Source of the DNA: Thermoanaerobaculia bacterium
Lineage (GTDB): Bacteria; Acidobacteriota; Thermoanaerobaculia; UBA5066
Direction: 5' to 3'
Length of the DNA: 64,000 nt
NCBI GenBank assembly: GCA_048500275.1
Contig: JASNYI010000002.1
Span: 347,936 to 411,935 of the forward strand
In this document: positions 1 to 9,143 of the stretch, in pieces
Layout of the letters: the number at the start of each line of letters is the position of its first letter
Numbering within the stretch: position 1 is the first letter of the stretch
Notes under the pieces: model-generated
Seen by the model: the letters and a program-made list of their open reading frames with translations, nothing else
Databases searched by the model: none
What the model was told of the DNA's origin: nothing
Position numbers and translations under genes: made by a program

Positions 1-699
1 CTCAGGAAGACCTCCGAGAAGGCCTACCCGGTGGTGCAGAAGGCGCTGCCCTGGATCATCGCGCTCGGTCTTCTCCTCCCGACGATGCACCAGTCGTCGC
101 TCGGGACGGTCATGCTCCTGACGGGCCCCAAGCTCCACCCGCTCTGGGCGACGCCGCTCCTGCCCCTCCTCTTCCTCGTCTCGTGCCTCGGAATGGGCTT
201 CGCGGTCGTCGTCCTCGAGTCGGCCCTGGCCTCGAGCCTGCTCGGGCGCCCGCGCGAGACCGAGATGCTCGGGAAGCTCTCGCGGGCCATGGTCCCCGTT
301 CTCGCGCTCTTCACGCTCGTCCGCTTCGTGGACCTCGCCGTCCGCGGGCAGCTCGGCGCGCTCGCCAACTTCGACCTCTACACGGCGATGTTCCTGCTCG
401 AGGCGGCGCTGTTCCTCGCACCCGCATTCATGCTGCTGTCCGAGCGGGCCCGGCGCGACCCGGGGAACGTCTTCCGGGCGGCGATGCTGATGATCGTCGC
501 CGGGTCGCTCTACCGGCTCGACACCTACCTCGTGGCGTTCCGGCCGGGAGCGCACTACTCCTACTTCCCGAGCTTCGCGGAGCTGATGGTGACCTTCGGC
601 ATCGTCGCCCTCGAGGTCCTCCTGTACGTCGTTCTCGTCAAGTACTTCCCGATCCTGTCGGCGCCGGCTCCCGCGCATCCCGCGCCGGCCCGAGCGTAG
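1..699 (+). CDS. C-terminal part of a NrfD/HybB-like integral membrane cytochrome b subunit of [NiFe] hydrogenase; 5' end lies outside the window
   Basis: Polytopic hydrophobic protein that ends 9 nt before the hydrogenase large-subunit start. The gene order matches Hyb-type operons. GC3-rich codon usage. Confidence 0.6.
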   Translation, partial: LRKTSEKAYPVVQKALPWIIALGLLLPTMHQSSLGTVMLLTGPKLHPLWATPLLPLLFLVSCLGMGFAVVVLESALASSLLGRPRETEMLGKLSRAMVPVLALFTLVRFVDLAVRGQLGALANFDLYTAMFLLEAALFLAPAFMLLSERARRDPGNVFRAAMLMIVAGSLYRLDTYLVAFRPGAHYSYFPSFAELMVTFGIVALEVLLYVVLVKYFPILSAPAPAHPAPARA

Positions 700-708
700 G
701 GGGCATCC

Positions 709-2409
709 ATGTCGAAGCGCATCGTCGTCGACCCGGTCACCCGCATCGAGGGCCACCTCCGCATCGACGTGGAGGTGGACGGCGGCCGAGTGAAGAACGC
801 CTGGTCCTCGGGCCAGATGTTCCGGGGGATCGAGGAGATCCTGAAGGGCCGCGACCCGCGCGACGCGTGGCTCTTCACGCAGCGCTTCTGCGGCGTCTGC
901 ACGACCGTCCACGCGATCGTGTCGGTCCGCACCGTCGAGAACGCCCTCGGGATCGACGTCCCCCTGAACGCCCAGTACATCCGGAACCTGATCATCGGCG
1001 CGCACGCGATGCACGACCACATCGTCCACTTCTACCACCTCTCCGCGCTGGACTGGGTCGACGTGGTCTCGGCGCTCTCGGCCGACCCGGCGAAGGCGTC
1101 GTCGCTCGCCGAGAGCCTCTCCCCCTGGCCGCACAACGGGACGGCCGTCCTGAAGTCGGTCCAGGACCGTGTGAAGGGCTTCGTGGAGTCGGGGCAGCTC
1201 GGTATCTTCGCGAACGGCTACTGGGGCCACCCGGCGATGAAGCTCCCGCCCGAGGTGAACCTCCTCGCCGTCTCGCACTACCTGCAGGCCCTCGAGGCGC
1301 AGAGGAAGATCAACCGCGTCGTCGCGCTCCTCGGGTCGAAGACGCCCAACATCCAGAACCTCGCCGTCGGGGGCGTGGCGAACGCCATCAACCTCGACGA
1401 CGAGGCGACGCTCAACATGAACAAGCTCTACTTCGTCAAGGAGGCCCTCGACGAGGTGCAGCAGTTCGTCGAGCAGGTCTACTTCCCCGACGTCTGCGCC
1501 ATCGGCGCCCTCTACGCCGACTGGCTCCCGTACGGGGCGGGCGTGAAGAACTACCTCGCGGTGCCCGATTTCCCGGTCGACGAGAAGGGCACGCAGTTCG
1601 ACCTGCCGGGCGGCACCATCATGGGCGGGGACCTCGGCACGGTGAAGGAGATCAAGACCTTCGGCGACGCGTACTTCAAGGAGAACGTCACGGAGTCGAT
1701 CGCCCGCGCCTGGTACGACGGGAGCTGGGAGAAGCACCCCTACGACGAGGACACGGTCCCGAAGTACGGCAAGTGGGAGGACGACGGAAAGTACTCCTGG
1801 GTGAAGGCCCCGCGTTTCCAGGGCAAGCCGATGCAGGTCGGCCCGCTCGCCCAGGTCCTCGTCGGGCTCGCCCTCGGGCACGAGCCCACGGTGCGCTGGG
1901 GGACGAAGACGCTCGAGACGATCGGGGCCGTCGCGAAGACGAAGGTCGGGCCCGGGATCCTCCACTCGACCCTCGGGCGGCACGCGGCCCGGATGATCCG
2001 GACCTGCATGCTGGCCGAGATCACGAAGAAGCACTGGAAGCTCCTCGTCGACAACCTCGCCAAGGGCGACCTCGAGATCTTCCGCAAGCCCGAGTTCCCG
2101 AGCGGCGAGCAGCGCGGCTTCGGCTTCCACGAGGCGCCCCGCGGGACGCTCTCGCACTGGATCGTCATCCGCGACGGAAAGATCGCGAACTACCAGGCGG
2201 TCGTCCCCTCGACCTGGAACGCCGGGCCGCGCGACGCGAAGAACCAGGTCGGCCCGTACGAGGCCTCGCTCATCGGAAACCCGGTCGCCGACTCCGAGCG
2301 GCCGCTGGAGGTCCTCCGGACGATCCATTCGTTCGACCCGTGTATCGCCTGCGCGATCCACACCCTCGACCCCGAGGGGAAGGAGATCGCGACGGTCCGG
2401 ACGGCCTGA
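709..2409 (+). CDS. hybC: [NiFe] uptake hydrogenase large subunit, group 1, HybC/HyaB-like
   Basis: N-terminal RIEGH and RxCGxC (FTQRFCGVCTTVH) motifs. C-terminal DPCIACAIH nickel-binding motif, followed by a short extension that the maturation protease removes. Confidence 0.9.
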   Translation: MSKRIVVDPVTRIEGHLRIDVEVDGGRVKNAWSSGQMFRGIEEILKGRDPRDAWLFTQRFCGVCTTVHAIVSVRTVENALGIDVPLNAQYIRNLIIGAHAMHDHIVHFYHLSALDWVDVVSALSADPAKASSLAESLSPWPHNGTAVLKSVQDRVKGFVESGQLGIFANGYWGHPAMKLPPEVNLLAVSHYLQALEAQRKINRVVALLGSKTPNIQNLAVGGVANAINLDDEATLNMNKLYFVKEALDEVQQFVEQVYFPDVCAIGALYADWLPYGAGVKNYLAVPDFPVDEKGTQFDLPGGTIMGGDLGTVKEIKTFGDAYFKENVTESIARAWYDGSWEKHPYDEDTVPKYGKWEDDGKYSWVKAPRFQGKPMQVGPLAQVLVGLALGHEPTVRWGTKTLETIGAVAKTKVGPGILHSTLGRHAARMIRTCMLAEITKKHWKLLVDNLAKGDLEIFRKPEFPSGEQRGFGFHEAPRGTLSHWIVIRDGKIANYQAVVPSTWNAGPRDAKNQVGPYEASLIGNPVADSERPLEVLRTIHSFDPCIACAIHTLDPEGKEIATVRTA

Positions 2410-2423
2410 CGTACGCTTCCCGC

Positions 2424-2981
2424 ATGGGGGATCACGAGGGAGAAGAGCAGGGAATCCGCGTCCTGGGGCTCGGCAACGTCCTGATGGGGGACGACGCGGC
2501 CGGGCCCTGGGTCGTGGAGCACCTTCGCGCGGAGTACGACCTCGGGCCGGGCGTCTCGGTCTCGGACCTCGGGACGCCCGGCCTCGACCTCGCGCCGCAC
2601 CTGTCGGGAGCGCGGGTCGTCGTCCTCGTCGACACGGTCAAGTCCGACGGGCCTCCGGGGACGCTGCGGCTCTACCGCAAGGACGAGGTCCTGAGATACC
2701 CGCTTCTGCCGCGGACGAGCCCCCACGACCCGGCGGTGAAGGAGACGCTCCTCTACCTCGACCTCGCCGGGGCGGGGCCGGAGGAGCTGCTCCTCGTCGG
2801 GATCGTCCCGGGCCGCGTGGAGAAGGGGCTCGGGCTGACGGACGCCGTCGCGGCGGCCGTTCCCGTCGCCGCCGAGGCCGTCGCGACGGAGCTGCGTCGG
2901 CTCGGCGTCGCCGCGGAGAGGCGACCCGGCGCCGCGCCGGCCCGCCCCTGGTGGGCGGAAGAGGACGGGCAGGCGCCGTGA
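2424..2981 (+). CDS. hybD: Hydrogenase maturation endopeptidase (HybD/HyaD family)
   Basis: About 185 aa, begins MGDHEGEEQGIRVLGLGNVLMGDDAAGPWVVEHL (the GxGNxxxxDDGxG protease motif). Sits directly after the large subunit. Confidence 0.8.
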   Translation: MGDHEGEEQGIRVLGLGNVLMGDDAAGPWVVEHLRAEYDLGPGVSVSDLGTPGLDLAPHLSGARVVVLVDTVKSDGPPGTLRLYRKDEVLRYPLLPRTSPHDPAVKETLLYLDLAGAGPEELLLVGIVPGRVEKGLGLTDAVAAAVPVAAEAVATELRRLGVAAERRPGAAPARPWWAEEDGQAP

Positions 2982-3394
2982 GCCCGGCGACCGCGGCCGA
3001 CGACGCGTCCCGTGCGGGACGCCCGGCCCGGCTGCTGTCGGCGTACGTCGTCCTCGTGGCCCTCCACAGCTACGCGGTGGGGGCGTTTCTCGTCTTCGCC
3101 ACGGAGTGGGGGGCGGCGTTCGGCGGGTTCGGCGCCGTGTCGCCCCTCTTCTTCGCAAGCCAGGCCGGGATCTTCCATTTCGTCCTCGCCACCGCGTACC
3201 TCGTGGAGTGGTTCCGCTACGGGGGAGTCGTCATCCTGCTCGCCGGAAAGGCGACTGCCGTCGTCTTCCTGGTCGCCATGTGGGCGCTCGGGACCGAGGC
3301 CTGGTCCGTCCCCTTCTCGGCCCTCGGGGACGGCCTCATGGGCCTCGCCGCCCTCGTCCTGTCGCGCCGTGCCTCGCCGGGGCGCTCCGCCTGA
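2978..3394 (+). CDS. Small hydrophobic membrane protein (hypothetical) trailing the hydrogenase genes
   Basis: Strong GC3 coding bias and 3-4 predicted TM helices. The GTG start overlaps the hybD stop (GTGA); an alternative ATG lies at 2951. Confidence 0.5.
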   Translation: MSPATAADDASRAGRPARLLSAYVVLVALHSYAVGAFLVFATEWGAAFGGFGAVSPLFFASQAGIFHFVLATAYLVEWFRYGGVVILLAGKATAVVFLVAMWALGTEAWSVPFSALGDGLMGLAALVLSRRASPGRSA

Positions 3395-3419
3395 CGGGTG
3401 CGGCCGGCCGCAGGGCGGC

Positions 3420-4976
3420 TCAGTCCCCCTCCGTCGCGGTCCGGCTCCCAGGGGAACGTCCCCGGCGTGCGCGGGCGGCGGCGAGCTCGTCGAACACCTC
3501 CTGGATCTCGTCGCAGCCGAGCCGCAGCGGCCCGGTGACGTAGTCGAGGAGCTCCTGCCGCATCCCCTTCGCCTCCGGGTCCCGGCGGATGACCCGGTGG
3601 ATGACGAGGTTCAGGACGAGGAGCGCCCCGCAGAGCTCGTCGGCGGCGAATCCCTGCTCGAAACGCCGCTCGGCCAGCTGCCTGCAGTACGAGAGGAGGA
3701 CGCCCTTGTCGCGGGTCCTCACGGCGTTCTTCAGGTGGCCGAAGACGACGCGGTGGTTCCAGTCGTGCTCCTCCTCCGAGATCCGCTGGTAGTTCGCGAA
3801 GCGGATCGGGCCGTGAGGCCCGACGAGGTGGCCATGGTAGGCGGAGATGACCGCGTCCTCGTGCTGCTCGAGGAGGCGGTGGAGCCTCAGGTTCGACGGG
3901 AAGTGGACCTCCTTCATCGCGGCCCGGTTCCGCTGGTTCCACTCGAGGGGATCGGTCTTGAGGTTCTCGATGAGGAACGGGAGCCGGCGCAGGACGTCGA
4001 GCCGCGGCCGGGGCGCCCAGCCGAGGCGCGCACGGGTCCGGCTCGCGTCGATCGTCATCTTCAGGTCGATGTATCGCGCCATCCAGGGTCTCTCGAACGG
4101 CATCTCGCCCGTGATCCGGCCGAGGAGCTCGCGTGCCCACATCCCCGGTCCGCAGAGGAGGCGCGGCATCAGGATCGGCGTGCGCGGCTCCCCCTCGAAG
4201 TCGCGGGTCGCCTCCTCGAACAGCTCGAGGTGGCTCGTGCTGCCGTCCGGGCTCGCGATGAGGACCTCGCCGGGAGCGAGCTCGTCCGGCCGCTTCTCGA
4301 GGACGAGCCGCAGCGCCGCGACCACGTCCCTCACGTGCAGGTAGGGGATTGCCGACTCCCCGCGCCCTCCGAGGAGGCTCCGGTTCCAGGCCGGCGAGAG
4401 CCACGTCGAGAGGAACATGAAGAGGGGCGGGTACTCGCACCAGTCGGAGAAGAGGGCGGCGAAGCGGACGATCGTCGACGGGAACGAGCCCTCGTACTCG
4501 CGAACCATCGCCTCGCCGATCGCCTTCGTCCGCGCGTAGACGTGCTCACCGTCCGGAGGGCTGTCCTCGTCGAGGGCCGACCCGCGGGCCGGCAGGCGGC
4601 AGGCGGCGACGGAGCTCGAGAATACGAAACGCTTCACGCCGAGCTCGCGGGAGAAGTCGAGGGTGTTCCTGAGGCCTTCGACGTTGGTCCGCCGGTACTC
4701 GGCGTGCTCCTCGCCGGTGAAGTCGTAGTGCGCCGCGAGGTGGACGACCGTGTCGGCGCCGCCGAGGACCCGGATCATCCGGAAGACCTCGCCGAGCGGC
4801 TCGCGCTCGCCGATGTCGACCTGGAACCAGGTGATGTTCGGGTGGACCGGGGCCCCGCAGCGGTGCTGCGACCGTCGGGCGATGCAGAAGACCCGGTACT
4901 CGGCGGCGAGCGACTCGAGAAGGTGCCGGCCGACGAATCCGGAAGCCCCGGTCAGGACGAGCGCGGGAAGGTCCAT
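3420..4976 (-). CDS. NAD-dependent epimerase/dehydratase (SDR, GASGFVGRHL Rossmann motif) fused to a ~200-aa C-terminal domain of unknown function
   Basis: N-terminal TGASGFVGRHL glycine-rich motif and a YxxxK-like (YARTK) catalytic motif. The long C-terminal extension has no recognisable motif. Confidence 0.7.
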   Translation of the reverse strand: MDLPALVLTGASGFVGRHLLESLAAEYRVFCIARRSQHRCGAPVHPNITWFQVDIGEREPLGEVFRMIRVLGGADTVVHLAAHYDFTGEEHAEYRRTNVEGLRNTLDFSRELGVKRFVFSSSVAACRLPARGSALDEDSPPDGEHVYARTKAIGEAMVREYEGSFPSTIVRFAALFSDWCEYPPLFMFLSTWLSPAWNRSLLGGRGESAIPYLHVRDVVAALRLVLEKRPDELAPGEVLIASPDGSTSHLELFEEATRDFEGEPRTPILMPRLLCGPGMWARELLGRITGEMPFERPWMARYIDLKMTIDASRTRARLGWAPRPRLDVLRRLPFLIENLKTDPLEWNQRNRAAMKEVHFPSNLRLHRLLEQHEDAVISAYHGHLVGPHGPIRFANYQRISEEEHDWNHRVVFGHLKNAVRTRDKGVLLSYCRQLAERRFEQGFAADELCGALLVLNLVIHRVIRRDPEAKGMRQELLDYVTGPLRLGCDEIQEVFDELAAARARRGRSPGSRTATEGD

Positions 4977-4982
4977 GCAGGC

Positions 4983-5387
4983 TCAGGGCCCGACGAGGAG
5001 GAGAGCGCCCTCGACGCGCGCGGAGAGCGTGGCGAGCGGTTTCGGGGGCGGCCCCTCCTTCGGCCGTCCCTCGGCGTCGAACTTCCCCTCGTGGCACGGG
5101 CAGACGTAGGCGCCCTCCTTCTCTTCCCACGAGACCTCGCACCCCTGGTGGGTGCAGAGAAGGGAGCGGGCGACCACCCCGGACCCGGAGCGAAGGACTT
5201 CGACCGGCCGACCGGCGACGGGGACCGTGACGCGGAGGCCCTCTGGGAAGCGGTCGAGCGGGAAGGCCGCCGGCGACTTCCCCGGAGGCGGGGCCTTCGA
5301 GCGCGCGCAGGATGCAGCGAGCGGGGCGCACGCGGCGAGGAACGCGCGCCGTGTGAGAGGGATCAGCCTTCCTTGCTCGTCGACCAT
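4983..5387 (-). CDS. Rieske [2Fe-2S] domain protein with a Tat-like signal
   Basis: CTHQGC ... CPCHEG Rieske box. N-terminal RRAFLAACAPLAAS twin-arginine-like signal. Lies 6 nt upstream of the SDR-fusion gene. Confidence 0.8.
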   Translation of the reverse strand: MVDEQGRLIPLTRRAFLAACAPLAASCARSKAPPPGKSPAAFPLDRFPEGLRVTVPVAGRPVEVLRSGSGVVARSLLCTHQGCEVSWEEKEGAYVCPCHEGKFDAEGRPKEGPPPKPLATLSARVEGALLLVGP

Positions 5388-5528
5388 CCTCGGCTCCTCG
5401 GTGCGGAATGGGACAGTTTAGTCCCGCCAGGGGCCGGAGGAGCACGGCGTTACGCTCGAGGCGCCCGCCGCCGACGCGCGTAAGCTCACGAGGACCGGTG
5501 CCCCCTGGAAACGGGGAGGAGGACGACG

Positions 5529-6401
5529 ATGGCCGAGCCGATCGCGGTACTCGACGCCCACGGAAAGCACGCGCAGCGCGCCCTCTTCACGGCCGACGGG
5601 GAGACCCTCGTCACGTGCGGACAGGACGCCCGCATCCGACTCTGGAAGGTCCCGGGGTTCGCGCCCGACGGCGCCTTCGAGGGGCACGCGGCGTGCGTGA
5701 ACACACTCGCCTTCTCGGCGGACGGTGCGCTCCTGGCGAGCGGTTCCTCCGACGGGACGGTGCGGATCTGGTCGTTCCCGGGCGGGCGCGAGCTGGACGT
5801 CCTGGACGGCCAGCTGACGGCCGCGGTCTCGCCGGCCGGCGGCTTCGCAACCATCTCGACGAAGGCCCGGGCCGTCCTCTGGGACGGGAACTACGACGAG
5901 GTCGCGACGCTGCCGCTCCTCGACCGGCGCCTCTTCTCGCTCGTCTTCACGGCGGACGGCGCGGCGCTTCTCGTGGCCGGAACGGGGGCGGTCCACCGCG
6001 TCGACGTGAAGGGGCGGGCGAAGGCGGGAGAGTACGCGGGCCACCAGACGGCCGTGGCTTCCATGGCGCTCTCCCCGGACGGCTCGCTCCTGGCGACGAC
6101 GGGGGCGGAAGGCGCTCTGCGGGTGCGCCGCGTCGCGGGCGGTGGAGAGCTCTTCGCGGTCCGGCTGGGCCGGCTCGGGACGATGCAGGCGGCGTTCTCG
6201 CCCGACGGGGCCCGGATCGCGGTCTCCATCGACTTCGGGATCCAGCTCCGGTCGGCGGCCGACGGAGCGCTCCTCTCGACGCTCGACGTGCCGATCAAGG
6301 GGGTCTACGGGCTCGGCTGGTCGCCCGACGGCCGCTTCCTCGCGAACGCGGGGGCTGACGGCCGGGTGCGGGTCTGGGAGATCGGGCCCGCGAGCCGCTA
6401 G
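5529..6401 (+). CDS. WD40-repeat (beta-propeller) protein
   Basis: Repeated GH...SxDGxxLAS/TxGxDGxxRxW units (about 7 blades). Good Shine-Dalgarno site GGAGGAGG upstream. Confidence 0.85.
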   Translation: MAEPIAVLDAHGKHAQRALFTADGETLVTCGQDARIRLWKVPGFAPDGAFEGHAACVNTLAFSADGALLASGSSDGTVRIWSFPGGRELDVLDGQLTAAVSPAGGFATISTKARAVLWDGNYDEVATLPLLDRRLFSLVFTADGAALLVAGTGAVHRVDVKGRAKAGEYAGHQTAVASMALSPDGSLLATTGAEGALRVRRVAGGGELFAVRLGRLGTMQAAFSPDGARIAVSIDFGIQLRSAADGALLSTLDVPIKGVYGLGWSPDGRFLANAGADGRVRVWEIGPASR

Positions 6402-6502
6402 ACTCCGTCGAGCCCTGCTCCGGAGGTGTCGAAGATGAGCTGCCCGGCGCGACGACAGTACCGGCCGGCCCCCGTCCCCGCGAGGACGGCGGCCGGACTC
6501 GC

Positions 6503-8449
6503 GTGAGCGCCGTCCCTCCGGGTGACGCCCGGAGGCGAGGGGCGCGATCGCTGCGCGAGGCCCGGCGCCTCGTCGGGCGCGCGGCCCAGGAGATCGCCGC
6601 AGCTCCGGCCGCCTGGGCGGGGGTGGTCGACAGGGTCCGTTCCCAGCTCGGCCGCCCGCCGCTTTCGCCCGACGCGGTCGCGGCGACGGGCTTCTCCCTC
6701 CTGTCCGCGGAGGAGGAGGGGCGCCCGGCGCTCCTCCCGCTCGACCGGCTCGAGCCCCTCGGCAAGGGGGGCATGAACACGGTATCGCGCTCGGCCGACC
6801 TCCTCGCGGGGCGTCCGCTCGTCGTGAGGCGCCTCATCCCGGCCGAATCGGCCGTCGAGGAGGAGATGCGCCGGCGCCGGAACGAGCTCGTGAGGGAGCG
6901 CCTCTCGGTCCTCCACCGCCACCCGGTCCTCCAGCGCTTCTGGGGGAGCGGCCTCGTCGACGGCGAGGCGTGCGAGCTCTTCGACTTCGCGCCCGGGACG
7001 ACGCTCTCGAGCTACGTCCGGGAACGGGGCCTCACGTACGGAGCCCTCCTCGACGTCGCCTGGCACGCCGCGCGGGGCCTCCTCCACCTCTCGCGCCACG
7101 GCCTCGTCCACGGAGACGTGAAACCGGAGAACTTCTGCGTCGAGGAGCGCCGGGTCTCGGGCGACGCGAGGCTGAGGGTGAGCCTCATCGACTTCGACAT
7201 CGTCTCGACCGTCGACGAGCAGCTCTACCAGTACCGCCTCTCGAACACGCTCGATGGCACGCTCCCGTACATGCCGCCGGAGAACTTCGTGCGCGAGGTC
7301 CCCGAGGATCCCGAGGAGTGCCGGCGGATGGTCCTGACGAAGGACGTCTACGCGCTCGGAATCACGCTCGTGCGGGTCGTGAACGGCCGGTTCCCGGAGG
7401 GCTTCTACACGAGCATGACGTCCCTCGTCCTCAAGAAGGAACGCCTGGAGGAGATGCCGGCCACACTTCCCGCGAGCCTGCCGGAGGCGCTTCGGAGCCT
7501 CGTGCTCTCGATGTGCCGGACCGGCTGGCGCGAGCGCCCGCCGCTCCCGGTCGTCGTCCGTTCGCTGGAGGCGCTCCGACGATCGGCGACGGCGCAGGAG
7601 AGGGCCCGCCTCGTCGCGGCGCCCCGGGTCGAGGCGGCGGTCGAAGCGCCCCCGTCTGAGCCCGTGGAGCTCGTCGGGCCGTACCGGCTCGTCGATCGGG
7701 CCTTCGCCGCCCGGATGCCGGGCGACGGGCAGTCGCGGCCCCTCGCCGAGCTGCACGACCCGTTCGGGAGGAGGCTCGTCGGCGTCCCCTACGAGTTCCG
7801 TTCCGCCCGGGAGGAGGGAGAGTTCTACGAGGCGCGCCGGGCTCTGCTCGGCGACCTGAACGCCGTCCGTCTCCGGCACCCCCAGCTCTTCCCGGGGAGC
7901 TTCCGGGACCTCGTCCGGCAGGGCGTCGGCGACGACCTCTTCCTCGTCTGGGTCATTCGGCCCCTTCTCGACGGGGCGATCGACCTCGATCGGTACCTCT
8001 CCGAGGAGCGGCCCGACGCCTCGCTCGCGGAGAGGGTCTCGATCCTGCGGCGCGTGGCGGAAGCCCTCGCGGCCCTCGAGGAGGCGGGGTACACGCTCGC
8101 GGCGCTCACGCCGCAGCTCGTCTTCTTCGTACCGCCGCCGGAGGAGGCGGGGAGCGAGCCGTCGCCGACGCAGGCGGGTCTGACGCGCCCGGTGGCGGCC
8201 CTCTTCGACATCCCGGCCCCGGCGGGACGCCGGTTCCGGCAGGAGCTGATGGGGACCGCCTCGGCGGTGAAGGCGGCGCCGGAGGCGACGGGGCGCATCG
8301 TGGCCGGCTTCTTCGACGTCGCGACGAGGATGCGGGTCCTCTCGGCGCTCGCCGGCACGGAGAAGGAGGCCTTCCTGCAGGTCAGCGACGCCCAGAGCTG
8401 GGCGGAACGGGTCGACCTCCTCCGCTGGATCGAGACCCGCCTGCGCTGA
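6503..8449 (+). CDS. Ser/Thr protein kinase with a ~300-aa C-terminal extension
   Basis: Glycine loop LGKGGMNTV and catalytic loop HGDVKPEN. Listed start is GTG. The C-terminal half is of unknown function. Confidence 0.8.
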   Translation: MSAVPPGDARRRGARSLREARRLVGRAAQEIAAAPAAWAGVVDRVRSQLGRPPLSPDAVAATGFSLLSAEEEGRPALLPLDRLEPLGKGGMNTVSRSADLLAGRPLVVRRLIPAESAVEEEMRRRRNELVRERLSVLHRHPVLQRFWGSGLVDGEACELFDFAPGTTLSSYVRERGLTYGALLDVAWHAARGLLHLSRHGLVHGDVKPENFCVEERRVSGDARLRVSLIDFDIVSTVDEQLYQYRLSNTLDGTLPYMPPENFVREVPEDPEECRRMVLTKDVYALGITLVRVVNGRFPEGFYTSMTSLVLKKERLEEMPATLPASLPEALRSLVLSMCRTGWRERPPLPVVVRSLEALRRSATAQERARLVAAPRVEAAVEAPPSEPVELVGPYRLVDRAFAARMPGDGQSRPLAELHDPFGRRLVGVPYEFRSAREEGEFYEARRALLGDLNAVRLRHPQLFPGSFRDLVRQGVGDDLFLVWVIRPLLDGAIDLDRYLSEERPDASLAERVSILRRVAEALAALEEAGYTLAALTPQLVFFVPPPEEAGSEPSPTQAGLTRPVAALFDIPAPAGRRFRQELMGTASAVKAAPEATGRIVAGFFDVATRMRVLSALAGTEKEAFLQVSDAQSWAERVDLLRWIETRLR

Positions 8450-8659
8450 AGCGCGGCGGGCCGGGGCCGGGGGTCGAGGCCCCGGCCGGGAGGATAACGA
8501 TGCCCCGGCGTCCCGGCCCTCTCTAGAGGAGAGAAGAGGTTGGGTGGGACGAGGTGTGGACCTGAGTGGAAGGCGGAATGGTGCGGAAGTGCGGGAGGTG
8601 GGTCGGGACGGGACTCCTCCGCCAGGTCCGGGAGCCGGGGCAGCGATACGTCGACAGGT

Positions 8660-8917
8660 TCAAGCGAGCCTCCGTGCGGACGCCGGAGCGGGGGCGCGGA
8701 GACTCGCCTTCTGGAGGCGCGGGTCGAGGGAGTCGGCGAAACGGTCGAACTCGAGCGGGTCGAGCGCGGCGAGGGTCGAGACCTCGGCAGGCGTCAGCTC
8801 GAGGCCTCGCTCCGCGAGGGTCCGTACGACCCGTGCCGGGCCGGACCGGAACTCACGCCGGAAGTCCTCGTCCGTGGCGAGCCTTCCGACGATCCGTTCC
8901 ACGTTGGCCTGCGACAT
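8660..8917 (-). CDS. Small Nif11 / NHLP-leader-like domain protein (85 aa)
   Basis: MSQANVERIVGRLATDEDFRREFRSGPARVVRTLAERGLELTPAEV matches the Nif11/NHLP leader pattern (MSQ..L..F...V..D..L...L.....P..VV.IA...G..IT.EEL). GGAG ribosome-binding site 11 nt upstream. No Cys/Ser/Thr-rich core follows. Confidence 0.5.
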   Translation of the reverse strand: MSQANVERIVGRLATDEDFRREFRSGPARVVRTLAERGLELTPAEVSTLAALDPLEFDRFADSLDPRLQKASLRAPAPASARRLA

Positions 8918-9143
8918 CCGCTTCGCTTCTCCGTGACGTGCATGTCAAGGGCCGTGCCAGCCCTCGCAGGAGGGGCCGGGGACGGCCTGACGCGCACGGT
9001 TGTCGACCGGAGCCGCGCCGCCGGCGCCCCCGGGTGAACCTCGCCCGTGCGTCGAAGGCTTCAATCTGTAGAATTCCCCGCACCGCAGCGGCGGGCGGCC
9101 GAGCCGGCGCGTTCCCCGAGCCGCCCCGCGCGTAGGAGGAATC

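Noticed and set aside
183-2981. 932-aa ORF spanning the hydrogenase region in another frame
   Set aside because: The first ~745 aa are an Arg/Pro/Gly-rich alternate-frame artefact of hybC. Only the 3' portion (2424-2981) is real and encodes HybD.
3012-5483. 823-aa plus-strand ORF
   Set aside because: Extreme Arg/Pro/Gly composition, antisense to the Rieske and SDR genes. A typical high-GC spurious ORF.
8505-8525. Short inverted repeat ctctcTAGAGgagag in a locally AT-richer patch
   Set aside because: Too short to call a regulatory site. It lies between convergent gene ends, possibly part of a terminator, and cannot be supported further.
8941-8948. TTGACA hexamer upstream of the Nif11-like gene as a sigma-70 -35 box
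   Set aside because: It is only ~26 nt from the start codon, too close for a -35 element. It is kept only as part of the ambiguous TGGCAC motif note.
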